In this document: one piece after another, positions 8,222-15,783 of the stretch | Layout: every line of letters begins with the position of its first letter | Numbering within the stretch: position 1 is the first letter of the stretch | Program-made: the position numbers and the translations under genes | Source of the DNA: Aliivibrio fischeri ES114 | Lineage (GTDB): Bacteria; Pseudomonadota; Gammaproteobacteria; Enterobacterales; Vibrionaceae | Assembly (NCBI RefSeq): GCF_000011805.1 | Contig: NC_006840.2 | Length of the DNA: 32,000 nucleotides | Reading direction: 5' to 3' (one strand) | The notes under the pieces: generated by a model | Database searches by the model: none | What the model was told of the DNA's origin: nothing | What the model saw: only the letters and a program-made list of their open reading frames with translations

Positions 8222-8548
8222 CCATACGATTATTCCGTTTATGCAATACCTGAAATTTTCTCGCCTAGATGGGTGCCGAGGGCTTCCGTCGGCTCACCCT
8301 CCCCTCCGCACTAAAATTCAGCACTACAATAAAACGAAAAATAACCGCAAAAAAATTATGCAACTCTATTAAACACAAGTATTTGTTTGATTTGAATAAA
8401 ATGGGTTTCTAGCTGATCGATTTAGAGATCCTTTAAGATCGTTTTCTTGCGTTTTTTGGTTTTATTGAATTTATGAAGATATTGGGATTAAAGCGGCCAC
8501 GACTGACCGCTCTATGATTAGGATTTATTTGCGTATTCAAATACTCAA

Positions 8549-8791
8549 TCACGCAAGTGCACTGTCAAAAATATCCATTTGATTGGCATTTTTGCACAGC
8601 TCTGGCTGCAATTCTGAACTTGGTTTATGTCCTGTTGGCTCAATAAAGTGTGAAAATGATGTATGAGCAACAAATACTTTTCCGCAGTTCAAATTTAAGC
8701 ATTGACAATATAACTCGCGGGTTTCTGGAGAGATAGAGCGCGATGTAGCAATGCGCGTTTTAGTCAAACACGTTGGGCATGTTATTAGCAT
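8549..8791 (-). CDS. ogr: Ogr/Delta-family zinc-finger late transcription activator
   Basis: MLITCPTCLTKTRIATSRSISPETRELYCQCLNLNCGKVF has C-x2-C-x22-C-x4-C spacing and the TSR.I...T.E.Y.QC.N.NC...F residues of P2 Ogr. Confidence 0.85.
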   Translation of the reverse strand: MLITCPTCLTKTRIATSRSISPETRELYCQCLNLNCGKVFVAHTSFSHFIEPTGHKPSSELQPELCKNANQMDIFDSALA

Positions 8792-9173
8792 TAAATCCTC
8801 TCCCCTTAATAATTTCTTTTATATCTGCATCTAAATTATATTTATATGCGTTATATTTTTTATGAGCCGTTACACCGATGATCGTTTGACTAATGTAATC
8901 AGCTGGCTCACCATAAAATAAAGCGTGACAATCTCCATTTAATCCAGCCCACATTACGTTTTTATAACGTACATACACCGTCTTATGCTCACCTAATACA
9001 AAGCAACGATTAATACATTCACATTTAAATCGACAAGATAATAAATCCTCAATATCACGAATATTTAAAGCATCATCTACAACAATAATTGCATCAACAT
9101 CACGATCTTTAATACGCTTAACTATTAATGCCAAAAATGACAACAAAACTGGATGGTGACTTTTATTCATCAT
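8760..9173 (-). CDS. Hypothetical protein (137 aa), no family recognised
   Basis: A long ORF tightly packed between 9175..10089 and ogr. Its 3' end overlaps the ogr start by 32 nt. Confidence 0.55.
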   Translation of the reverse strand: MMNKSHHPVLLSFLALIVKRIKDRDVDAIIVVDDALNIRDIEDLLSCRFKCECINRCFVLGEHKTVYVRYKNVMWAGLNGDCHALFYGEPADYISQTIIGVTAHKKYNAYKYNLDADIKEIIKGRGFNANNMPNVFD

Positions 9174-9174
9174 A

Positions 9175-10089
9175 TTAGGCCACCTTCACTCTGAACCCGC
9201 CGTTGTTCCATGGCTCTAATACATCTTGCTCATGCAATGCATTTAGAATAATTTTGATTTGCTCTTGTGGCAGGTTAAACGCCGCTTTTAATGCGCGTTG
9301 GCTTGGTTTCACTGTGCCTGACAAAATCGCCTCTTTCACATCATCCATAACACTTGCTGCAAACTGCATTTCAGGCGTTTTATACACTTCAACACTTGGC
9401 ATTACACTTTGAATCACTTGCTTTTCACTTGGTGGCTCAACCCTTGTATTTACTGGGTTTGATACACTTTTTACACTTACTTCAAGTGTATTTAATGAGT
9501 GTAAAGTGAGTGCCATTACTACCGAAACCACTTCTATTGTCACCGCAATAATTAATGTGATTGTCGCATCGTATTCACGCAACATTGAGGTGCTTTTTAC
9601 ACTTGATTGCGCTTCATAAAGTGCGTTTAAGTCATCCGTTACACTTGAGATCATTACTGCAGTTGCTGCCGCGGGTGTCGCGTAATTTATGCGAAGCTGC
9701 TCATCAGATAGTTGCTGCAAATTTGCAAGCTGTTGCTGTTTTAGTTTTATTTGTTCTGTAATGGCTATGTTCTGTTTTGTTGATACTGCCATGTTATCTG
9801 CACCCTTTTCTATCGCAGATATTGAAGCAATGGTGCTGATAACCATCAGAACGCCAGTAAGGGAAACCAGTAAAACAGCAATTAATGGGTTTTGTTTTGC
9901 AACCGTTGGGATAAATGTTGGCGTGATGGTTTTCACTAAATCAAGCGTGATGCCTATCAATGAAAAAATAACCGCAACACCGATGGCTGCGCCCAGCTCG
10001 TTCATGTAAAGGTACGTTAAATAAGCGGATGTAATGGCACATGAGATCAAAACGGATGTGCAAAATAATTTTGATAGTGAATGGTTCAT
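9175..10089 (-). CDS. Multi-pass membrane protein with a central coiled coil and a C-terminal wHTH-like tail, unknown function
   Basis: The 304-aa product has three N-terminal hydrophobic helices, a Q/L-rich coiled segment (IKLKQQQLANLQQLSDEQL), a fourth TM (ITLIIAVTIEVVSVVMALTL) and a soluble C-terminus. Confidence 0.6.
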   Translation of the reverse strand: MNHSLSKLFCTSVLISCAITSAYLTYLYMNELGAAIGVAVIFSLIGITLDLVKTITPTFIPTVAKQNPLIAVLLVSLTGVLMVISTIASISAIEKGADNMAVSTKQNIAITEQIKLKQQQLANLQQLSDEQLRINYATPAAATAVMISSVTDDLNALYEAQSSVKSTSMLREYDATITLIIAVTIEVVSVVMALTLHSLNTLEVSVKSVSNPVNTRVEPPSEKQVIQSVMPSVEVYKTPEMQFAASVMDDVKEAILSGTVKPSQRALKAAFNLPQEQIKIILNALHEQDVLEPWNNGGFRVKVA

Positions 10090-10110
10090 TTGAAATCCTA
10101 TTTTATTTTC

Positions 10111-10168
10111 GTTATGCGTTAAGCTAAAAATTTACTTAACGCATAACAGTGGCAACTTAACGCATAAG
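10111..10168. repeat. Perfect 13-bp inverted repeat plus a third direct copy (GTTATGCGTTAAG / CTTAACGCATAAC / CTTAACGCATAAG)
   Basis: Arms lie at 10111..10123 and 10135..10147 with an 11-nt loop, and the third copy is at 10156..10168. All three sit in the 85-bp gap between the exonuclease and the membrane-protein gene. Confidence 0.9.
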
Positions 10169-10174
10169 GTTTAA

Positions 10175-10729
10175 TTAAGACGCTGATGTAGTAATCAGTT
10201 TTTGATAAATAGCTGAAACATATTTAGCCTGGTGAATAGCATCAGCTAATGCGTCATGCTTAACACCTTCAAACGGCATATCTTTTTTAGGGTCAAAACC
10301 AACTTCACGACCAAGACGAACCATTGTCCTTACATCCATATCATTATAAAACGCCCAAGGCGCATCCATATTTAAGCATTGCTTATATGCATTTTTTAGG
10401 ATTACGTTATCGAACGTAGCGCCATTACCCCAAACTTTAACGTGCGGTTCTACAAATGAAGCGAATTCTGCAAGCACATGATGAATCCCAAACGCATCAT
10501 CATTATCATAAAACTTACTACGAGCTTCTTCTGATTGTTTCATCCACCAAAGGACAGTAGATGCATCAATAACAAGGCCTGACTCAACCGCACTTTCAAG
10601 GTTAATTTGCTTATGGAATGTATTACCAATCTCCCCTGTTTTAATATCAAAATAACAAGCACCAATTGACATAATTGCGGCTTCTGAACCATTACCCATT
10701 GTTTCAAGGTCTAACATTAAATCTTTCAT
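10175..10729 (-). CDS. DnaQ-like 3'-5' exonuclease (DEDDh)
   Basis: The ATG at 10727..10729 has an AAGGAAAG RBS. Motifs are MLDLETMG (Exo I), WGNGATFDN (Exo II) and HDALADAIHQAKY (Exo III, H-x4-D). Confidence 0.8.
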   Translation of the reverse strand: MKDLMLDLETMGNGSEAAIMSIGACYFDIKTGEIGNTFHKQINLESAVESGLVIDASTVLWWMKQSEEARSKFYDNDDAFGIHHVLAEFASFVEPHVKVWGNGATFDNVILKNAYKQCLNMDAPWAFYNDMDVRTMVRLGREVGFDPKKDMPFEGVKHDALADAIHQAKYVSAIYQKLITTSAS

Positions 10730-10739
10730 TATTCTTTCC

Positions 10740-10946
10740 TTATAAAAATCGTTTTGCTTCTTCAACAAAAGCATCTAAAAACTCGGTATTGAAATTGGTT
10801 GTGTAATTCACATCTTTTGACACTCCCCAGCCTTCGTTATTTTTTGGAACAAAGCGAACGCGGCGAACGTACATGTCTTCTTTGAATGAATATCTTTTTT
10901 TGTCGATTTCTATCGTTCCGTCAGAACGGTAAATGGTTTCCATCAT
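10740..10946 (-). CDS. Hypothetical small protein (68 aa)
   Basis: The ORF fills the gap between rep and the exonuclease on the operon strand. Confidence 0.45.
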   Translation of the reverse strand: MMETIYRSDGTIEIDKKRYSFKEDMYVRRVRFVPKNNEGWGVSKDVNYTTNFNTEFLDAFVEEAKRFL

Positions 10947-10955
10947 CTTAATTTC

Positions 10956-13118
10956 CTAATGCAACATCGGGGTTAACTTCCCCTCTAAATAATCAGCAGT
11001 AAAACTCTTCCAGTAATTCACTTCATTTTCATCAGGTTCTATTGGGACTGAATCACACAACACCGCTTGCCAATAAGCCCTTTTATCTTTAAAGCGAACA
11101 TAGTCACTTTGATATAGTTCATCGGCCTCCACTTTTAACTCGGATAAATCCATATCACGGCAATCCATACTCCAACCGCGAGCACCTGCCGCCCACATTA
11201 AAAAATCATCTACTTTTTGCTTGGCATCTTGGCCATCAAATGAAATTGAAAAATTATTCTCCGTTGATACATGCACCTGGCGAGACTTCATTTCCTGTTT
11301 CACTTTTTGAGCTTGCTTCTCTAACCGGATAATGCTGCTCTGCATCTTCTTTAATTTATCTTCAGTGGTACCTGGTTGTTTTGCTGCAATGGCTTTCGCT
11401 TTAATCGTTTGGCTTTTTTGGTAAGACAAGCGATTCAAAGAACGTTCAAGTGGTTTCTTCCATTGTTCTAGTTTGTAGCCCAACTCTTTAATGATTGCCG
11501 TAATGTTATTTGCTTCAAAAGAGGCAATACATTCCCAAGACGGAGCGCGTGAACACTTTGCTATGCTGTAGCGATTACCCTTCACTAAACCTTGGGAAGC
11601 ATCATCACCTTTTGCGGCGTAACCCACGGCTTTAATAATGTAAGTACCAGCGGCTTTTGGCTCACGAATGCGTTCTAACTTTGCAAATCCATGACCCCAT
11701 ATTTTTTCACAACGCATTGCCCAAGCACTGAACAAGTGCGGCTCTACTGTCCACTTCAATAACACATGAACATGAGGGTTTGGCTCACCATCTTCATTCG
11801 CCGGACACTCGGCAACCCAAATATAATGAAAATCGTCTTTAGTGAACGATGGGCCAAACTCAGTAGCCACCGCTTTACAATGAGGTTTTACACTTGCACG
11901 CTTTAAATCACAGTATTGAGCGTTACTTTCTTCATCAACTTGAATCGTATGATCTGCAATCCAACCGCGTTGATACATTTTTTTCAAACCATCCAACAAT
12001 CGAGAGACTTCTTTTCCAATGGTTGTTTCAATGGTTTTCTCAACCGTGAATGCGTTTTTTGGTTTTTCAGACAACAAACAGTAATCACCCATAATTTCAC
12101 GATTCATGTTCATTTCTACTGCGTGGTCTTGGATCTCAATACTGGTGTATGGCCCTGCAATATCACACACAGGTGCGCTGATTTTTCTTTCGTTCTTACC
12201 CGCTTTTCTTGTGATCATATTTCTGCGAAATCGCATCGGGTGATGAGCGCCAACTCTTTCATCAGAAAGCGTGGTGTATTCATCGGTCATGCCACCAAAA
12301 ATTCGTAAACGTTGCGCTTTGTTAAACGTTAACGTTAAGAACGTAGTAAAACCTTCATGGCATGTTGATACATACGCCGCACTAGAAAAAATCTTTGATA
12401 CTGATCTCGCGGTTAATTTCTCAGTAAAGCGTTCACCCACGTTTGCATCTGGCGCACTGCTTGCTGGCGTTTGAGTAATTAACTGCCCACGATATTGACC
12501 GCTCCACTCACGGTGCTGAATTTGAAAAGAAACTGGCGCAAGTTGCGATTCATTCGGATTTTTTTGGCCTTTTTCATTCAAGATAGACGCAGTGCTTCGC
12601 TCCGTAGAGCCGTATAACACGTCATGACTAAAATGCGACTCTGCGGATGCGAGTTCAACCGGATAGCTCGGTCCACGCTTCAGAACGCGCAGAGCGCTGC
12701 GAATTCGCCACTTTCTTGAACTCATCTCCTCTGTCGGACTTTTGCGCCCATTGACTAGGCTATACTCTTCGGCGATTCTCGCCGCCGCTTCGCGGACGTG
12801 TTCTGGTGTTTGATTCAACTTTTCAAAGTGCGCAGTTGAACGTTCAACCTCTATAATGTGTTGAGGTTTTCGGCCTGACACATGATCGTATGACGATGAC
12901 TTTTTATCAGAACCCAAAATACGATCGTAAACAGGTAATTTTTTAACCACACCAGAAGCTAATAGCTCTCTTTCTTGCTCAGAATATGGCTGTTCCTGAA
13001 TTTTTGAACCTAAAAAACCCGCTCGAAAGCAGGCATCATTTTTCTTTGTCTCATCATGAGGGCGTATTGCCCCCATGACATATAAAAGCTCTTTACTAGA
13101 TAAATTACCAGTATTCAC
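10956..13118 (-). CDS. Rolling-circle replication initiator, P2 gpA-like (HUH endonuclease)
   Basis: A 720-aa product with HUH motif NPHVHVLLKW and, downstream, AAGTYIIKAVGYAAKG as a candidate catalytic Tyr helix. Size and position match P2/186 gene A. Confidence 0.75.
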   Translation of the reverse strand: MNTGNLSSKELLYVMGAIRPHDETKKNDACFRAGFLGSKIQEQPYSEQERELLASGVVKKLPVYDRILGSDKKSSSYDHVSGRKPQHIIEVERSTAHFEKLNQTPEHVREAAARIAEEYSLVNGRKSPTEEMSSRKWRIRSALRVLKRGPSYPVELASAESHFSHDVLYGSTERSTASILNEKGQKNPNESQLAPVSFQIQHREWSGQYRGQLITQTPASSAPDANVGERFTEKLTARSVSKIFSSAAYVSTCHEGFTTFLTLTFNKAQRLRIFGGMTDEYTTLSDERVGAHHPMRFRRNMITRKAGKNERKISAPVCDIAGPYTSIEIQDHAVEMNMNREIMGDYCLLSEKPKNAFTVEKTIETTIGKEVSRLLDGLKKMYQRGWIADHTIQVDEESNAQYCDLKRASVKPHCKAVATEFGPSFTKDDFHYIWVAECPANEDGEPNPHVHVLLKWTVEPHLFSAWAMRCEKIWGHGFAKLERIREPKAAGTYIIKAVGYAAKGDDASQGLVKGNRYSIAKCSRAPSWECIASFEANNITAIIKELGYKLEQWKKPLERSLNRLSYQKSQTIKAKAIAAKQPGTTEDKLKKMQSSIIRLEKQAQKVKQEMKSRQVHVSTENNFSISFDGQDAKQKVDDFLMWAAGARGWSMDCRDMDLSELKVEADELYQSDYVRFKDKRAYWQAVLCDSVPIEPDENEVNYWKSFTADYLEGKLTPMLH

Positions 13119-13440
13119 CTTTCAGCTTCTCTCTCTCATCTAAATCCCACTCTCCATCATCTGCCTCAATAGCCCTACTAATAAAAATATAACTACGAGA
13201 CACTTCAATAAATCTAAAGGTTTTATTTTCAATATAATCAAGTACAAAAAAACGATGTAAATATTCATCATGAAACCCCATCGCAATAGCTGCATCAGGG
13301 TATTGGCTTTTCAACTCATCATGAACATCATCTTGAACAGGCTCTAATTCATACTCTTCGACTTCGAGCTTGAGTTCTAAGTTTGCCTCGCTCGCAAGCT
13401 TCAGCAGTTTCTCTTGCAACATTTCTAAATTTAGGTGCAT
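13105..13440 (-). CDS. Hypothetical acidic early protein (111 aa)
   Basis: An ORF on the operon strand whose 3' end overlaps the rep start. Its start is uncertain because the 5' 92 nt overlap 13349..13534 in another frame. Confidence 0.5.
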   Translation of the reverse strand: MHLNLEMLQEKLLKLASEANLELKLEVEEYELEPVQDDVHDELKSQYPDAAIAMGFHDEYLHRFFVLDYIENKTFRFIEVSRSYIFISRAIEADDGEWDLDEREKLKGEYW

Positions 13441-13534
13441 ATTTTTCTAACTCTTCTTGGGTTAATAATGACTTACCCATATTAGCACCTTTAACTAACC
13501 TTTCATTTGCTATTATTTTTACTGCATTATTCAT
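13349..13534 (-). CDS. Hypothetical small basic protein (61 aa)
   Basis: The ATG at 13534 is preceded by GAGGTG. It overlaps the 13105..13440 ORF, so one of the two may be mis-called. Confidence 0.35.
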   Translation of the reverse strand: MNNAVKIIANERLVKGANMGKSLLTQEELEKYAPKFRNVARETAEACERGKLRTQARSRRV

Positions 13535-13542
13535 TTCACACC

Positions 13543-13755
13543 TCATTGCTGCATTAACGATCTTCTGGCTTGTACTTGGTATATACGCGAGTAACGAAAA
13601 TCAGAACAATGCGTTTTCACTGCTTGTCTTTTATTTTTCGCTACTTTCTTTTGCTCTTTAATTTCTGCTTTTAACTTGGCAACCCAAGACAAACCGCGCT
13701 CTTTTGTGCTATCACCCATGGTGGCACCAATAACAAAATCATGATTCTCAGTCAT
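13543..13755 (-). CDS. Hypothetical early protein (70 aa, Lys-rich)
   Basis: An ORF on the operon strand with a 4-nt overlap with the upstream gene. Confidence 0.45.
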   Translation of the reverse strand: MTENHDFVIGATMGDSTKERGLSWVAKLKAEIKEQKKVAKNKRQAVKTHCSDFRYSRIYQVQARRSLMQQ

Positions 13756-13982
13756 AACTCTGCAAACTCCTGCGTATCACAAATCATAAAACCGCCCGTG
13801 TGGTTACCACGAACAATCACGCCTTTGGTGATGTGCTCGCACTTCAATTGAGCGCAAGCGTTATCAATAGCAAGCTCTTTAGATTCAAACTCGCCTAATT
13901 CTTTAATTTGAATTTCGTCAGTTTTGGCATCACGAACCACACCGCCGCCACTGTTTAAAACAACTGCAAGGAAACGAAGCAT
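13752..13982 (-). CDS. Hypothetical early protein (76 aa)
   Basis: An ORF on the operon strand with coupled junctions. Confidence 0.45.
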   Translation of the reverse strand: MLRFLAVVLNSGGGVVRDAKTDEIQIKELGEFESKELAIDNACAQLKCEHITKGVIVRGNHTGGFMICDTQEFAEL

Positions 13983-13985
13983 GGT

Positions 13986-14213
13986 TTACCTCTTACATTT
14001 TGCTAGCGCATTGTTATATCGGTCAGAATCAACCCAAACTATCAAAGCTGTTTTCTTGTTGTCCGCTAGCTCTGTAGCTCCTAGCCCATCGGTTTTAAAC
14101 TTGATAGTGGTTAGCCCTTTGTTGAATTGGGCTGAATCCATACATTGGTGTAATGCTTGAACAGTTACGTTTTCATCGCCAATTTCATTAAGTAGTTGAG
14201 TTAGTGATGCCAT
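13986..14213 (-). CDS. Hypothetical early protein (75 aa)
   Basis: An ORF on the operon strand. Confidence 0.45.
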   Translation of the reverse strand: MASLTQLLNEIGDENVTVQALHQCMDSAQFNKGLTTIKFKTDGLGATELADNKKTALIVWVDSDRYNNALAKCKR

Positions 14214-14215
14214 TC

Positions 14216-14344
14216 CTATTCCCCTTTCTTTTCAAGTACTGCATACACTTCTAACCAACCATCTAACTGGCTTTCGGTTGGTGCAACGCCGTGGTTCTGC
14301 ATAAAAGCAATGGTCATTTTGGCCAAAAACTTATCTTTGCTCAT
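14216..14344 (-). CDS. Possible 42-aa ORF (MSKDKFLAKMTIAFMQNHGVAPTESQLDGWLEVYAVLEKKGE), not in the ORF track
   Basis: Hand translation. The ATG overlaps the stop of 14344..14745 (TAATG), and the ORF fills an otherwise empty 130-bp gap. Confidence 0.3.
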   Translation of the reverse strand: MSKDKFLAKMTIAFMQNHGVAPTESQLDGWLEVYAVLEKKGE

Positions 14345-14745
14345 TAGATTGACTCCATCATTGGAGAACCATGCTCAGGCTCATAATCACGCCACCATTG
14401 CTGCATCATTGATTGCTGAGCAACCGAACGGCACGAAGAAGAAATAAAGAAAAGCGCACGAATAGCACCAAGAGATTGCTGCTCTAAATCTGGATTTTCA
14501 GTGGTATTAAAAACTACAACCCAAAAAGACCACCAAGCAGTGATAAAATCAGAAAGACATAAGCCTTGCTCTGTACCGTTCACATTCACAAGCATGGCGC
14601 GTTGTGAATCCAGCGAGCAAACCACACCTTGTGATGCGGTTTCTTTATTAAATGCTTTTAAGAACATGTTGATTTTGCGAGAGGTAAAACCTACACCGCG
14701 CAAAGCAAATTCAAGATCAGATTGATACACAGAAATAACACTCAT
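14344..14745 (-). CDS. Hypothetical early protein (133 aa)
   Basis: An ORF on the operon strand with a 4-nt overlap with the upstream gene. Confidence 0.5.
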   Translation of the reverse strand: MSVISVYQSDLEFALRGVGFTSRKINMFLKAFNKETASQGVVCSLDSQRAMLVNVNGTEQGLCLSDFITAWWSFWVVVFNTTENPDLEQQSLGAIRALFFISSSCRSVAQQSMMQQWWRDYEPEHGSPMMESI

Positions 14746-15212
14746 GCCGTTACCTCTGCGTTGTCTTTTGCTTTAATAATAAATTCAGCCAATTGGCTTT
14801 CTAGCGAAAGAGCCTCTTCAAGTACTGATGATTTATCAAAAGTTAAATGGCCTTCTAATTGCGCATCTTCTCTATCTTTATCATTTGGATGCCAAACATA
14901 TATATCGAACGATTTAATTGCTGAACCTGCACAACAATGAGCAAGAAATGGTTTAGGCATATCTAACGTCATAGCAACAATTGAATTAATCACAGCTAAT
15001 ACATCGCGCTGTTGGATAGCTTTAAGATTATCTTTCGCAGTAAGCTCAACATCGCCAGAAATAGGCTTTGTGCTATCAATAAAACGAGAGAATAACGCTA
15101 CCGTTTTTCGTTCTGTTGCTTCCATTTTTTCATGCAGTTCATTCGCTTTATTAAGATTTTTTAGTGACGCTTGGTAAAACTGCTCTGCTGTTTTTAATTC
15201 GTTATGACTCAT
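14742..15212 (-). CDS. Hypothetical early protein (156 aa)
   Basis: An ORF on the operon strand, directly downstream of the cII-like gene. Confidence 0.5.
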   Translation of the reverse strand: MSHNELKTAEQFYQASLKNLNKANELHEKMEATERKTVALFSRFIDSTKPISGDVELTAKDNLKAIQQRDVLAVINSIVAMTLDMPKPFLAHCCAGSAIKSFDIYVWHPNDKDREDAQLEGHLTFDKSSVLEEALSLESQLAEFIIKAKDNAEVTA

Positions 15213-15222
15213 AACTAAACCC

Positions 15223-15762
15223 TTACGCTAAACCTGGCACTGTCACGCCAGATGAAAGAAGATCCATACCCATTGAAAGGAACGAACTCGCATTTGGTGT
15301 GCGGCCTTCCATGTCGTTAATCAGTAAAACCAAGTTACCGATAGCGGTATGCGCTTTTTTAACAATGGTGTTCTTGCTGCGGCCAGTCATACGTTTTTGG
15401 CCTGCGTGCTTTAATGCTTCTTGCGCCAGCTCTCCGGCGTAAATTGAATTATCCAATGTTCGTTTAACAAAGGTTTCTGACTCGCCGTTTTTATCTACTG
15501 CAACCGCGACCATATCCAACGAATAAAGCAAGCTATTCACAATGGTGTAATCACCCGATGCTTTTGTGATTAGCTTTACATCCATGACTGACAGCTTATG
15601 CGGCTGTTCAGGGTTTAATTTATCCGCTAATTTTTTAACGCCTGTTTCACGCTCTATTGGTGCGCATTTGTTTGCTGCAGAGAACGCAACACAAGCATCA
15701 TCGTAATTTGATTGGGCAGCGCCGCAAAAAGCGCCCATTTTACTTTCAAGTTCCATTTGCAA
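15223..15762 (-). CDS. cII: Phage regulatory protein CII (phage 186 CII / CP76 family)
   Basis: It contains ...YDDACVAFSAAN...LADKLNPEQPHKLS..., matching the remembered 186 CII block (YDEACRAF...LRNKLNPEQPH). Size is 179 aa and it lies downstream of cro/xis-like genes. Confidence 0.7.
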   Translation of the reverse strand: MQMELESKMGAFCGAAQSNYDDACVAFSAANKCAPIERETGVKKLADKLNPEQPHKLSVMDVKLITKASGDYTIVNSLLYSLDMVAVAVDKNGESETFVKRTLDNSIYAGELAQEALKHAGQKRMTGRSKNTIVKKAHTAIGNLVLLINDMEGRTPNASSFLSMGMDLLSSGVTVPGLA

Positions 15763-15783
15763 TAATTCCCCTAGTTGAAGAAC

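Noticed and set aside
8222-8548. A second copy of the att core, which would mark tandem elements at the ogr/baseplate junction
   Set aside because: I compared ggctcaccctcccctccgcac with the 27-nt core by eye. Only scattered C-run similarity appeared, with no convincing alignment.
8222-8548. An Ogr-type TGT-N12-ACA dyad upstream of the baseplate operon
   Set aside because: I checked every TGT and ACA in the gap, and none had the N12 spacing.
5130-12474. Plus-strand ORFs opposite the tail and rep genes (for example 5130..5312, 5314..5571, 6040..6291, 6694..6882, 7024..7619 set, 9203..10009 set, 11916..12474 set)
   Set aside because: They are antisense to well-supported CDSs, with no RBS or family signal.
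13383-14940. Plus-strand ORFs 13383..13661, 13924..14160, 14501..14725, 14722..14940
   Set aside because: They are antisense to the tightly coupled early operon. Their hydrophobic or Ser-rich composition is typical of reverse frames.
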